This document shows, piece after piece, positions 49,240-60,459 of a DNA stretch of 64,000 nt. The notes beneath the pieces are model-generated. The model did not search any database, was not told the origin of the DNA, and saw only the letters and a list, made by a program, of their open reading frames with translations. The position numbers and the translations under genes were made by a program. Each line of letters begins with the position of its first letter. Positions within the stretch are counted from its first letter, which is position 1. This DNA is from an uncultured virus (IMG/VR IMGVR_UViG_3300032307_000957) (lineage: Duplodnaviria; Heunggongvirae; Uroviricota; Caudoviricetes): the IMG/VR virus record IMGVR_UViG_3300032307_000957. One strand, given 5' to 3'.

Positions 49240-49549
49240 ATGTACGATTTTTTAATTTTATATTCAGCTTTTGTGACGTTGTTCTTGTTTGTAGTTTGGG
49301 CATACATGCGCGTTGATGTTAAGTTATACAAAACATACAAAAGCATGTATGAAAAGATTAAAAAACAGAACCGAAATGAAGTTAAAAGAATTGAAAGAAT
49401 CTATCAGTATTCTTAATGATGTTCCAGAAGATAATGTAGATGAATTTGTGGAAAATAACTACAATAATGTTCTTGCAAAAGAATACTCTAAACAAAAAGA
49501 AGAATTGTGGTTGTTAAACCACGTTGTACTTACTAAGAAAAATAAGTAA
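49240..49549 (+). pseudogene. Membrane-anchored coiled-coil gene, probable frameshift
   Basis: TM-encoding frame from ATG 49240 joins the 49549-ending frame if one A is removed from A6 at 49360-49365. Confidence 0.45.
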
Positions 49550-49582
49550 TCAAACTTATAAACAAATATAGCAAAAAACAGG

Positions 49583-49610
49583 TTGACAAGTCAAAAGAAT
49601 GTGATAGAGT
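49583..49610 (+). promoter_or_regulatory. sigma70-type promoter for tRNA-Ile2/tilS
   Basis: TTGACA-16nt-TAGAGT with TGn extension. Confidence 0.6.
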
Positions 49611-49647
49611 GAATGTGTTGAAGGGGAAACGAAAGAATCCCTTATAA

Positions 49648-49721
49648 GGGCCTCTAACTCAATTGGTCAGAGTATTCCGCTCATAACGGAAAGGTTCTCG
49701 GTTCGAGCCCGAGGGGGCCCA
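49648..49721 (+). tRNA. tRNA-Ile2(CAU)
   Basis: GGGCCTC/GGGGCCC-A; TTCCG-CTCATAA-CGGAA; directly upstream of tilS. Confidence 0.9.
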
Positions 49722-49760
49722 CATTAATTAAATTTAAAACTTATAAACATTAATTTTATT

Positions 49761-50465
49761 ATGTCAAAAACAAAAAGTTCCCACCCAAAATCATTGAGAA
49801 AGACGGTTTCCGACAACCTTAAGAAAGCAAATGTTAAAGGTAAACATTTGCTTATTGGAGTTTCCGGAGGTTCGGATTCCATGGCTTTATTGCATGTTTT
49901 GTCGGGTTTAAGGGAGAGTCTAGGGTTTAGCTTGTCGGCCGTTGGAGTGCATCATGGTTTGCGGCCGGAAGCTCAATTAGAGCTTGACATAGCGTCAAAG
50001 CTGGCCGAGGAACGTTCCGTTGATTGGTATCAAAAAAACATCAAATTGGAACCCGGTGGTAACATTCAAGAGAGAGCAAGGGAAGCCAGATACTCTGCAA
50101 TTAGAGAATTGCAAGAAGAAATCAAAGCAGACTATATTGTAATGGCCCACCATATGGAGGACAGAGCTGAAACAATCTTAATGAGAATCATTAAGGGTTC
50201 TGTTTATCAAAATATTGAGAATGTTATGCCTCTTTTAACTGACCATGGTGTTTTAAGACCAATGATTACAGCTTATAAAAGAGATGTAGTGCTTCATATT
50301 GAGAGGAAACAAGTTCCTTATATGGATGATCCAAGTAACTTTTTAACCGAGAAGTATTTCAGAGTAAAAGTTCGTCAGGAATTGATTCCTTATCTTAAGG
50401 ATATTAATCCAAACATTATTGATGCAATGTGTAAACTTTCCGATTCTCTATCTAATATAAAGTAA
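49761..50465 (+). CDS. tilS: tRNA(Ile)-lysidine synthetase, catalytic domain only
   Basis: VSGGSDSMAL, VHHGLR, AREARY, AHHMEDRAET, RP, DDPSN. Confidence 0.93.
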   Translation: MSKTKSSHPKSLRKTVSDNLKKANVKGKHLLIGVSGGSDSMALLHVLSGLRESLGFSLSAVGVHHGLRPEAQLELDIASKLAEERSVDWYQKNIKLEPGGNIQERAREARYSAIRELQEEIKADYIVMAHHMEDRAETILMRIIKGSVYQNIENVMPLLTDHGVLRPMITAYKRDVVLHIERKQVPYMDDPSNFLTEKYFRVKVRQELIPYLKDINPNIIDAMCKLSDSLSNIK

Positions 50466-50467
50466 TT

Positions 50468-51096
50468 ATGAATAAGGTTATTGATGATAAGCATTTAAGT
50501 ATGGTAAATAAGATCATTGAAGCGAGGAAATCAATTGAAGGATTTGCTTTAGGTGATTTTGTTGAGTTTAAAAATACAACGAGAAGAATTTCTAATATTA
50601 TGTCTGGAAGGGTTCAGACTTCGGATTTGAATGATGGTTCTTACCATATTTTTAGAAGTGGGTATGCTTCATTTTCCGGTGGTTTATATTCTTCATTAGA
50701 AAATGAAAAGTTGGAATTAACGAAAGAAATTACATTTGGTTCTTTTTGGATTTTCTATCATGGAAATGTAGAGGCTCATAACGGAATTGATATTTTGGTT
50801 CCTTGTAAAGTTTGGAAAGTAAACGCTGAAGCTCATTGTTTTAAGTATATTTGGGAGTAAATATGATTAAATTTAAAAAATTTACAATTGAAGATGAAAC
50901 TTTTTATCAATTAGACGTTGATGAAAACATTTCATTTCAAATATATAAAGAGGATTCTTGTCATTTTGCCGCAAGAATTGTTGGAGAAGTGTTTTTCACA
51001 AGCCATAGCCTTGAAGAAACGGAAGGTTTAGTTTTAAATTTTCTTAGGAATATAGCTAAAATTGTTAACGAAAAGGATAATGAAAATGAAAATTGA
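50468..51096 (+). other. Two hypothetical genes (50468-50860, 50863-51096)
   Basis: ORFs in co-directional run. Confidence 0.65.
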
Positions 51097-51619
51097 TTGG
51101 TCAAAATCCAAAGAGATTATTGGAGAAGAAGAGCAGCTTGCTTGTATAAAAAGGGATATTCGTAACATATATAATATTGTATATATGGACAATCCTTCTG
51201 AGAAAGTGCAGCTTCTTGTTGTTAGTTTAGATTCTACTAATATTCGTTCTATTCATAACCCTTCTGAGAAAGTTCAACTTCTTTCTATTAGTGTGGATTC
51301 TAATAACATTCGTTATATTCACAACGCAACTGAGAATGTAAAGTTAGCTGCCGTAAGTAAATCTGGAGATTCAATTAAATGGATTTATAACCCTTCGGAG
51401 GAAGTACAGCTTGCCGCTGTAAAGAATCACGGTTCTGCAATTGAATATATTCATAATCCTTCTGAAGAAGTTATGAAGGCTGCTCTTTTACAAGACCCTA
51501 ATTGCATTCAGTATTTTAAACAATCTTGGAAGAAAAATATTAAATCTAAGAAGAAAATGACTGTAGAAGAGATTGAAAAAGAATTAGGATATAAAGTAGA
51601 AATTGTTTCTGATAAATGA
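51080..51619 (+). CDS. NPSEEV-repeat protein (DUF4116-like)
   Basis: Repeats; tail MTVEEIEKELGYKVEIVSDK. Confidence 0.8.
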   Translation: MKMKIDWSKSKEIIGEEEQLACIKRDIRNIYNIVYMDNPSEKVQLLVVSLDSTNIRSIHNPSEKVQLLSISVDSNNIRYIHNATENVKLAAVSKSGDSIKWIYNPSEEVQLAAVKNHGSAIEYIHNPSEEVMKAALLQDPNCIQYFKQSWKKNIKSKKKMTVEEIEKELGYKVEIVSDK

Positions 51620-51655
51620 ATTGTTAAATATATATAAATACATTTAAGAAGGATA

Positions 51656-52246
51656 ATGAAAATGGAAATTGATTGGTCAACAATAAAAGAGTTTGTTGGA
51701 GAAGAAGAACAGCTTAAAGCTATTGAGAAAGATTGGGATAATATCCAATTTATGGATAATCCTTCGGAAAAAGTACAACTTGCAGCCGTTGAAAGAAGTA
51801 GTCATGCAATTGAACTTATTCATAATCCATATGAGAGTGTGCAACTTGTTGCCGCGGAAACGGACGGATCGGTAATTCAATACATTCATAATCCTTCGGA
51901 TAGAGTTAAGCTTGCTGCATTAAAGCACAATGGAAATGCAATTCAATGGATTCATAACCCTTCAAAGGAAATGAAACTTGCCGCAGTAAATAATAACGGT
52001 GGTGCAATTAGATATATTCATAATCCTTCAGAGGAAGTACAGCTTGCGGCAGTAAAGAATAATAGTAATGCAATTAAATTTATTCATAATCCTTCGGAAG
52101 AAGTTATGAACGCAGCAATTTTGAAAGGATCTTATTGTATTTCTCGCTTCAAGAAATTTTGGAGAAAGAATACCAAGAAGAAAATGACCGTTGAGGAAAT
52201 TGAAAAGGAACTTGGATATAAAGTAGAAATTATATCCGATAAGTAA
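51656..52246 (+). CDS. NPSEEV-repeat protein (DUF4116-like)
   Basis: Repeats; tail MTVEEIEKELGYKVEIISDK. Confidence 0.8.
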   Translation: MKMEIDWSTIKEFVGEEEQLKAIEKDWDNIQFMDNPSEKVQLAAVERSSHAIELIHNPYESVQLVAAETDGSVIQYIHNPSDRVKLAALKHNGNAIQWIHNPSKEMKLAAVNNNGGAIRYIHNPSEEVQLAAVKNNSNAIKFIHNPSEEVMNAAILKGSYCISRFKKFWRKNTKKKMTVEEIEKELGYKVEIISDK

Positions 52247-52273
52247 AAATTCTTACAAAGAAAGATAAATAAA

Positions 52274-52678
52274 ATGATATTCGTATGTGGTAAGTTTTCA
52301 GATTATTTTTGCGAATATAAGCCAAAATTTGACATCAAGAACAAGCTAAAACAAAGCGTGGTGAAAGTTGTTTCTTTTGGTGAATTTGGACGCTCCAATG
52401 GAAAGTTAGAAAACGTCACCGTTTCTGATTATTGCAAGATTGATGGTCAAAATATTGGTCATCTATCGATAAGTGTAATTCCTACACAAATGACTATCGA
52501 TGCAATTCAAAGAGAAATTTGCGTTTATGATGCTGGTGGAGTTTATTTCAATATCATTGTAAATGATAGAGGTAGAGCCAATCTTCATTGGAAGTATAAC
52601 TCAATTCTTGGCGGAAGATTTCTTGGAGAAATTTCGGATTTTAAAGATATATTGGATAATATTAAAAATGAATCATAA
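52274..52678 (+). CDS. Hypothetical protein
   Basis: ORF. Confidence 0.65.
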   Translation: MIFVCGKFSDYFCEYKPKFDIKNKLKQSVVKVVSFGEFGRSNGKLENVTVSDYCKIDGQNIGHLSISVIPTQMTIDAIQREICVYDAGGVYFNIIVNDRGRANLHWKYNSILGGRFLGEISDFKDILDNIKNES

Positions 52679-53035
52679 TCTAGATTTTTCTATGAATAAA
52701 TATATTGAAAAAGAATTAGAAGATAATATTATTTTTTTGATGAAAGTGATTGGAAGAAAATTTCTTGGTCACAAAAATTATCAGAAGAATTTATCGAGAA
52801 ACATTCAGATAAAGTTTATTGGCTATGGATTTCTTCATACCAAGAATTGTCTGAAGAATTTATTGAGAAACATTCAGATAAAGTTTATTGGGTAAATATT
52901 TCTGGACGTCAAAAATTATCAGAAGAATTTATTGAGAAACATAAAGATAAAATAAAAATTGATCTTTTAATTCATAATAAAAATATTTCCAATAAAACCA
53001 AAGAAGAAATAATAACTTTGATGGAAATTATATGA
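52668..53035 (+). pseudogene. Trp-repeat gene, frameshifted
   Basis: MNHNLDF... frame restored by adding one T to T7 at 52732-52738; ends LMEII. Confidence 0.75.
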
Positions 53036-53403
53036 CACACAATTTAGATTTAATGAATAATAAATATTCAGAAAAAGAATTAGAAGAAAATGTTAATTCA
53101 TTTAATATTAATGATTGGTATTTCATTTCTTGTTGTCAAAAATTATCCGAAGAATTTATAGAAAAACACTTAGATCAAGTTTATTGGCATTTGATATCTG
53201 AGTATCAAACATTATCTGAAGAATTTATTGAGAAACATTTTGATAAATTGCATAGAGATGCAATTTCTATATTTCAGAAATTATCAGAAGAATTTATAAG
53301 AAAACATGCAAAAAAACTTAATATTCACTGGATATTAGGTGGAAATGAAAGTGTATCTGAAGAGTTCAAACAAGAAATAAGAACCTTGAAAGAAATCATA
53401 TGA
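53032..53403 (+). CDS. Trp-repeat protein (KEII tail)
   Basis: Repeat motif. Confidence 0.85.
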   Translation: MTHNLDLMNNKYSEKELEENVNSFNINDWYFISCCQKLSEEFIEKHLDQVYWHLISEYQTLSEEFIEKHFDKLHRDAISIFQKLSEEFIRKHAKKLNIHWILGGNESVSEEFKQEIRTLKEII

Positions 53404-53780
53404 AACACAATTTAGATTTAAGTCGTATAAAATATTCCCAAGAAGAGTTGGAAGAAAAAAATCATTTATTTACTCAAATTGAGTGGCATTACATTTCAAT
53501 TTATCAAAGTTTAACAGAAAATTTTATTGAAAAACATTCAGATAAATTAATTTGGGATGATATTTCTGTTTACCAACAGTTATCAGATGAATTTATAGAA
53601 AAATACATAGTTAAAGTTAACTGGTATTATATTTGTTTATTTCAATCTTTGTCTGAAGAATTTATAAGAAAACATATAAATAAAATGGATGTTGGTTGGT
53701 TAATTCATAATATGAAAATATCTCAAGAATTAAGATTAAAAATTAAAAAAGAATTTAATTTATTAAAAGAAATTATATGA
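53400..53780 (+). CDS. Trp-repeat protein (KEII tail)
   Basis: Repeat motif. Confidence 0.85.
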   Translation: MKHNLDLSRIKYSQEELEEKNHLFTQIEWHYISIYQSLTENFIEKHSDKLIWDDISVYQQLSDEFIEKYIVKVNWYYICLFQSLSEEFIRKHINKMDVGWLIHNMKISQELRLKIKKEFNLLKEII

Positions 53781-54306
53781 AAAAACTATACAATGTAACA
53801 ATCATTCACTCCGAAAATGATTTTATAAAATGTCAAAAATTAGCTCTAGCTTCATCAATTAAGGATGCAGCAATTGTTGCATGTCAAGATGATAAAATCT
53901 ATGGAGTTTTAAATGAATCGGATCATAATTTTCCTTACAATTTTAAGATTGGAAATTATGAGATTTTTGTAAAAGAACAAGATTTCAACTTTATTGAAGG
54001 TAACTAATGTATAAAAACTATGATATTTTTGTTGAACTTGGACCTGAACAACTAAAGCATAGAAGAGTTGTTTGTGCCGCAATTTACAACAAAAACACAA
54101 AACACATAATTCTTGGACCAAGGCATTTTCATTGCTTTAAACAAGTTGAAGATAATCCCGCAGATTATGAACAAGGCTTTGTTGACCAATATATGCACTT
54201 CTTAACAAGAGAAGAAGCTTTTATTTTGGCAACCGAAAAGAATCAGATTATCAAAAAGACTGGTTCATCCACTTCTAAAACGCTATTTAGCGAAGATATT
54301 TATTGA
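53777..54306 (+). other. Two hypothetical genes (53777-54007, 54007-54306)
   Basis: Second has VVCAAI...GPRH...QGFVD...FLTREEA. Confidence 0.65.
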
Positions 54307-54319
54307 AAGGAATTTAAAA

Positions 54320-54934
54320 ATGAAACTAACCGAAAAAGAGATTAAGATCGTTAATTATTTGAATGGTAAGAAAAGTGTTGCTTGGGAAGAACTTGCTCAG
54401 TTTTCCAAGGACCCACAGTCTGTAAAGATTAAAACTGTTAAGAGATCAATTCTTGATATTAAAAGAAAGTATGAAGAATCCACCATGGAAAATCCATTTA
54501 AAGATGTTGTATTTTATTCTTTAGCTCAGAGTCATAAAGAATCTGAACCAAAGCCTGAACGTAAGGAACAGAAGATGGTTATGGTTAAAGTTACAGAAGC
54601 TGGTAATATTACAAAAGCTAATGAACATAGCGTTCACGCTGATTTTAAGAAGTGCTCTCTTGGTTTCAAGAGGGTTATTTCCAAATATGGAACCCATAAT
54701 CTTAATGATCCTGAATGGGATATGTTTTGTTATTTCTATGAAAACCCAGGAAAAATCATATCGCTATCGGAGATTCGTGATAAGGTAATGTTCACTAAGT
54801 TTGGGTCAAAACTTCCTCCAAGATGGTTTGATTCAATTCTGAGAGTGGTTAATAATCTAAGAAAGAATGTTCCTGGTCTTAAGAATAGGCTATTGACAAT
54901 TAAAGGCGAAGAAACAAGTTATATTTTCCAGTGA
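54320..54934 (+). CDS. Putative transcription regulator with winged-helix domains
   Basis: LNDPEWDMF.YFYENPGKIIS..EI...VNNLRK resembles OmpR-type C-terminal domain. Confidence 0.55.
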   Translation: MKLTEKEIKIVNYLNGKKSVAWEELAQFSKDPQSVKIKTVKRSILDIKRKYEESTMENPFKDVVFYSLAQSHKESEPKPERKEQKMVMVKVTEAGNITKANEHSVHADFKKCSLGFKRVISKYGTHNLNDPEWDMFCYFYENPGKIISLSEIRDKVMFTKFGSKLPPRWFDSILRVVNNLRKNVPGLKNRLLTIKGEETSYIFQ

Positions 54935-54941
54935 AAAACAT

Positions 54942-56361
54942 ATGATTTATACATTAAATAAAAGAAAATCCTCTCTATATACGCCAAAGAATAAACCACC
55001 AGCTTTAATGGGTTATAAATCTAAAGAACAGGATATTTGGGATTGGACAATAGATTTATATTCAAACCAAGATATTTATGAAGAACCCTTAGATGATGAA
55101 GTTTTTAGTAACCTAGAAGAAATAAAGAAAGTAAATAGTGTGATTTTAAATATCACCAAATTCTTTCTAACCACTATTATTTTCGTAATTATTATTATGG
55201 TTTTTTTGCTGCTGGATAAAAGTTAAAATTATGAATAAGAAGAATACTAAATTCGTTATTGATGATTACATTGTTGAACGAGAGAATTCTCGTTCCAGAT
55301 TTGAGAGGAAAAAGAAGTACAAGAAAGACTCTTATAAGAAGGATAGAAAGTTCAGCAACAATTGGTGAAATTATGGAATTATCAATTAAAGAAGGTTCCG
55401 TTTATTGTGGTGAATATGAGGTTTTGTATAGAAATAATCAAAATCAATTCTGCGTTAATAATTTCATTCACGTTGATTGTATAAAGCCATGTGGTTCTAT
55501 TGGTAAGTTTTTGGAATATGTTTTCATTTGGTTGAAAAACTCGCACGATGAAGTCATGAAAAAATTCAATTGGGACCCCTATAATGAAGGTGAATATTTG
55601 GTTGTAGGATATTCCGATATATTTGGTGGCGGAATTTTATCTTCATGCGATGAATTTAATGCTCACCGTATTAAAAAGAGCCTTTTGCCATATTATGTCG
55701 ATATTAAAATCATGAAGAACTCAAATGAAAACTTGAAGAAAATTCATGATGAATTGTTGGATTTTGAAAATAAGAAGCATGGATAATATGGTAAATGATT
55801 ATGAAAATCAAAGATTTAATATCGGAGCTAAACAAGTTCGACCAAGAAGATGAAGTTATGATACTGGATGGGTATAATGGTGGCGGCAACCCAAGAGAGA
55901 TTAATCTTGGACCAAAACAAATTTCCATTAAAGAAGATTTCATTGAAAATTGTGCGGACTGTGAAGAATTTGATGTAAATTCAAAAGTTGTTATTTTGGG
56001 ATTTGGTTGTTATTAATATATTAAAGAAAGGTAATTAAAAATGGGAAAGCAAGTAGTATTTAAGGTTATAGTTTTATGTGATAATTTTGTAATTAACGTT
56101 CAAAATTTTGAAAAATGTCTTGATAAAGATAGTTTGAAAGATGATTATCTAGATATAATTCAGTCTGTTATTGATAAGTATGAAAACAACGGAGTAACTA
56201 TTGATACTTCCGGTGAAGAAAATGACAATTTCTTAATTGAAGAATTTGAATTTCCAGATGTTTGTACTAAAAAAGAATTAAATTCCGTTATGAAAACTGC
56301 TATTAAATTTTTGGATGATTTGTTTTCCAGCTTTTCTAAAGCCGGCTATACAACAAATTAA
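54942..56361 (+). other. Hypothetical genes (54942-55226 with C-terminal TM, 55231-55368, 55373-55786, 55795-56016, 56041-56361)
   Basis: Co-directional ORFs; track ORF 55259 reinterpreted as two genes. Confidence 0.6.
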
Positions 56362-56363
56362 AA

Positions 56364-56621
56364 ATGTTAATAGATATCATTCAACAAGGACACAGAACAA
56401 TAACGCTTCTCGGTAGTAATGATATGTATGTAAATTACTATTGTTGGCAAAATGTAAAAAAAGGAAATTCAAGTAACTGGAAACATAGATCTGGCGAAAG
56501 ATGGCCGGTCGTTTTGTCTTATGAATGGGATTATGATTTAATCTTAATACCTTCATCTTTCCAATTTAAGGTTGCCGAAGAAATGTTTCAAGAATATATG
56601 TTGTTGAAAGAAATTATTTAA
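56364..56621 (+). CDS. Hypothetical protein (KEII tail)
   Basis: Ends LLKEII-TAA. Confidence 0.7.
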   Translation: MLIDIIQQGHRTITLLGSNDMYVNYYCWQNVKKGNSSNWKHRSGERWPVVLSYEWDYDLILIPSSFQFKVAEEMFQEYMLLKEII

Positions 56622-56622
56622 T

Positions 56623-56886
56623 ATGACAAAAGTTACATTTATAAACAAAATGTTTATTGTCGGAGATTTTGAAGGAATTGATAATAATAGACATAAAGTT
56701 TTTAAACACTACCTTTTAAGGGATTTGTTTAAAGGATATATTAGACCGTTTTCAATATTTCCTTTAATTACATTAGTTAATATTGACTACATAGTATGTA
56801 TTGATCCAAAATATACATACAAAGAATGCAACCATATGATAGAAGAAGTTATGAGTGAATTGCTCCTTCTTAAGGAAATAATTTAA
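56623..56886 (+). CDS. Hypothetical protein (KEII tail)
   Basis: Ends LLKEII-TAA. Confidence 0.7.
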   Translation: MTKVTFINKMFIVGDFEGIDNNRHKVFKHYLLRDLFKGYIRPFSIFPLITLVNIDYIVCIDPKYTYKECNHMIEEVMSELLLLKEII

Positions 56887-57191
56887 TGTCAAAAAACATA
56901 ACACTAAAAACAAACATAGAGATAATTCTAAATACAAAAACTAAAGAGTTTATTGATTTTGGAACGCATGGAGAATATAAAACTTATGAAAAAGAGGTTT
57001 GTGTAACTATTGAAGATTTAAAGTTTGATAGATCCAAATATAATGTTTCTGATATTTCATCTGTTAAGATGCCCTTTGTAACATTTGAGAGTTGCATTCT
57101 TCCATTTGTTCAAAATATACCTTACCGTGTTAATAGTGACAATATTTGGTATGGTGATATGGCTAAGTTTATTGTTGATAATTTTCTATAA
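56886..57191 (+). CDS. Hypothetical protein
   Basis: ORF. Confidence 0.65.
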   Translation: MSKNITLKTNIEIILNTKTKEFIDFGTHGEYKTYEKEVCVTIEDLKFDRSKYNVSDISSVKMPFVTFESCILPFVQNIPYRVNSDNIWYGDMAKFIVDNFL

Positions 57192-57202
57192 AGGAGTTAA
57201 TT

Positions 57203-57553
57203 ATGTATAAGTATATTGTTTTATTTGCAATGATGATGATGGGTTGCTCTTCTACCCAGGTTAATCCTGAAACCCCAAAACCTGATAATGAAAAGGAAGT
57301 TGTGACAAAGGAAGAGGATAGTACATTTAAGAATTATGTTTATGATCGTTTGGTTTCAGTAAAGCTTAAGATTGAAGAGCTTCTGGATGATCCAAAGCTG
57401 TTCAGTAAGGAAAGGTTTTCTTCTATTAGTGATAGAATTAAGCTTTTGGATTCTCTGGAAGAATACAGGAATGTTCTGGGTGACAAGATTATGTTGCTTG
57501 TTGCCGAAATCAAATTGAAGTTTGAAGAGTTAAAGGTTAGGTATAATTCATGA
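57203..57553 (+). CDS. Putative lipoprotein
   Basis: Signal ending MMGC; AAGGAG RBS. Confidence 0.7.
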   Translation: MYKYIVLFAMMMMGCSSTQVNPETPKPDNEKEVVTKEEDSTFKNYVYDRLVSVKLKIEELLDDPKLFSKERFSSISDRIKLLDSLEEYRNVLGDKIMLLVAEIKLKFEELKVRYNS

Positions 57554-58128
57554 AAACAAAGAAAAAAAATAGATTCAATAAAGGAACAAAACTTACATAT
57601 AAAGATGGTTCAAAATGGCTAATTAAACAAGAATGCTTAAGATTAATATCCGAAGATATATCTAAGTCATTATTGGATCAATTTAATAGTGCTATTTGTA
57701 AACCTAATGAAAAATTATTTCAAGATTTTATAAATGAATATAATTTTGTACCGTGGTTCATCTTTAATGTAAAAATTAGCCAACAATTCATTCAAAAAAA
57801 CATATCAATTTTTGATAAAAAATGTTGGGATGCCATCTCTTTATATCAGGAAATGTCAATGTCTTTCATAAATAACAATATAAGTAAATTAAATATTGAA
57901 TATTTAATGTATAATCATAATCTATCTAAAAAAGATAAGATGAAAATATATAGTACATTCTTTAAACAAAAAAATAAAAAGTTCAACAATACACCAAAAA
58001 CAATTAAATTCAAGAATAAATTCTTTAGAGTAAATGACAGAATTGTTTCAATAAATTATTTCTGCAATAGAATTGCTCAATGGAACTATTTTTCTAACAA
58101 TTTTAATTTCAGTGAATTATACTTCTAA
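57550..58128 (+). CDS. Divergent Trp-repeat-like protein
   Basis: WDAISLYQEMSMSFI..NISKLNI; no KEII tail. Confidence 0.6.
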   Translation: MKTKKKNRFNKGTKLTYKDGSKWLIKQECLRLISEDISKSLLDQFNSAICKPNEKLFQDFINEYNFVPWFIFNVKISQQFIQKNISIFDKKCWDAISLYQEMSMSFINNNISKLNIEYLMYNHNLSKKDKMKIYSTFFKQKNKKFNNTPKTIKFKNKFFRVNDRIVSINYFCNRIAQWNYFSNNFNFSELYF

Positions 58129-58158
58129 ATGTAATTTTTTTTAAAAAGGAATAAAATT

Positions 58159-60453
58159 ATGAAATTCAACAAGAATCTTACAAATCACATTGCAAATCTT
58201 GGCTCAATGCAATTATTTATGGATGCCGAACCCACAAAGTCTCCGGATGTTGTTTTTGGTTCAAATTATGGGGAGAGGGAATCTTTCCTTATGGTATCCA
58301 TGGAAGTTATGAAAGATGAGGATGATAAGGAATTTGGCATAAAATGTTATGTTGAAACGGCAAATGAAAAGAAGGAAGAGGTTTTGCCATTGCATTCAAG
58401 CGCGAAGTCTGTTAAGGATTGGTTCGAAAACAATATCATGGACTTTGGTTTTATTCGTTCTTGGGTAAAGGTTGAAAAGGTTTAATTATGACGCTTTTAA
58501 ATATTGATTGGGAAAAGAATCCAACTAGTAGATTTACAAAAATTGAAGTTTATGAACACATAAAGGAAATTCTACCTTCTTATAACATTGATCCTAAACA
58601 CTTAGATTCTCATAACTTTATTTGCGGATATAGATTTTTTCCAGCGGGGCCTAATAGGCACTATAAAAAGAAAATAACTGTAGCTTTGGCTAATTACGAA
58701 TTTCATTGTACTGATTGTAATTTTTCCATTCATCTAACTGTAACAGATATAAACAATAAATCTTCTAATCTTGAAATTGAAGAAGTTGAGTATGACAAAA
58801 AAGAAATCTCAATCTATGCAAAAACAATACATAGCACTATGTTTTCTTTATCCTCTTTAGATTCTAATCTAAAAACCAATGAAGAGTATTATCAAAGTGA
58901 TATAAACAACTTGAAGAAACATCCATCAATAAAAAACTTCCCAGGTTTTCAAATTCCTAATCCCCAAATTGATTATGTGGTATTGGTAAAAAAACAAATT
59001 AAAGAAATGAATTTAGAATTCAATTCATTAAGAATGACATGTGCAGAAGCTAAAAAATTAAATTTAACAAAAACCTTTTTTCAAAAATAAATAAAATGAA
59101 GCAAGAACACATATATGTTGTTTACAACAAAAACAATGAAATAATTTTCATTCACTTTTCAAAAAGGAATAGGTTTGATTCATTTTTAATCCAAGCAATG
59201 GATAACTTTTCCGAAAAAACAAAAGGTGTTGGGTGGTTGAGTTTTTGTCCAAAACAAGAAATTGATGAAAACTCTGCCCACACAATGCTTGGTAGAAAAA
59301 TCCAAATAAAAAACAATACAGCTTATGTCACGTAGAATACCAAATTCTTTGATTGCAATAGCAAAAGAAGAAAGAAGATTGAAAAAGGGTCATTTATCAA
59401 AAGATGAAGATCCAAGTAAAATAGATTTTTACTTGGAATGTCTTCAAAGATTGAAGGTTTGGTACTTGGAAAGGTTAAAGAAAGATGACTAGAGATTACA
59501 ATAACGCAGAAACGATCAATAAAATAAAAAAACAATTAGAATTAGATTTGTATGATTTTTCAGTAACCAAATCAAAAAATTCAATAAATGATTGCTTAAT
59601 ATTCGATGCAAACAAAGAAAGCCAGTTTGGTTTTTTACATGAAACAATATCTTTTTCAATTCAAATTTACAAAAACGATAGAAATGCAGAAATAAGAGAA
59701 ATAACAAATTTAAAATATAAAGTATTATTTATTGACAAAGAAATATTTAATTCAAATGAAAACTATACTTTGCCATATGATTCGTATTCTTTATACGACA
59801 CACTCGAAGTATATAGAAAAACATTCAGGCAAATGGTTCATTCAACATTAAACTTTTTAGACTTAAAGGTAAGTATATCATGAAAACAATTGAAATGACC
59901 GAAGAAGAATACCAAGATCTCGTTGATGATTATTGCGGAGTTTGCTTATCATGCGAAGAAATTGCAGATAATGTAGAGCCGGATGCCACAAATTACAAAT
60001 GCGATTCTTGCGGAAAGAATACTGTATTTGGTATTGAAGAAGCTCTTATTATGGGAAATATCGATATTACTTAATCAGTATAAATATATGACAAAAGGAA
60101 CGGATAAAGATACCAATTTAGAAATTTTAGTTAATGCATTTTATAAATCTGCCAATAATATTGACGATATAAAATCCAGAATAATGGAATCATTTGATTT
60201 TTTCAATGAAATTAATGGAAAACAATATTATGTACCTCTATTTAACCTTAGAGAGTCTTTAAGTGATGTTTCCAGGGAAGATTTTGATGAAGCAATAAAT
60301 GATCTTAGAAGAGATTGGATATTAACTTTAAGCCCAGCAGAAGGTTTGCATGAAAAAATACCAGAACACATATTAAATGCTGGTATTATAGAACAATCAA
60401 ATAATCTTGTTTATGCAGCAAGAAGAGCAACTTATGATGATGAAGAGGATTGA
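58159..60453 (+). other. Hypothetical genes (58159-58485, 58488-59090, 59096-59335, 59325-59492, 59485-59883, 59880-60074 Zn ribbon, 60088-60453)
   Basis: Co-directional ORFs; 59880 has CLSC..VEPDA..YKCDSCG. Confidence 0.6.
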
Positions 60454-60459
60454 AATAAT

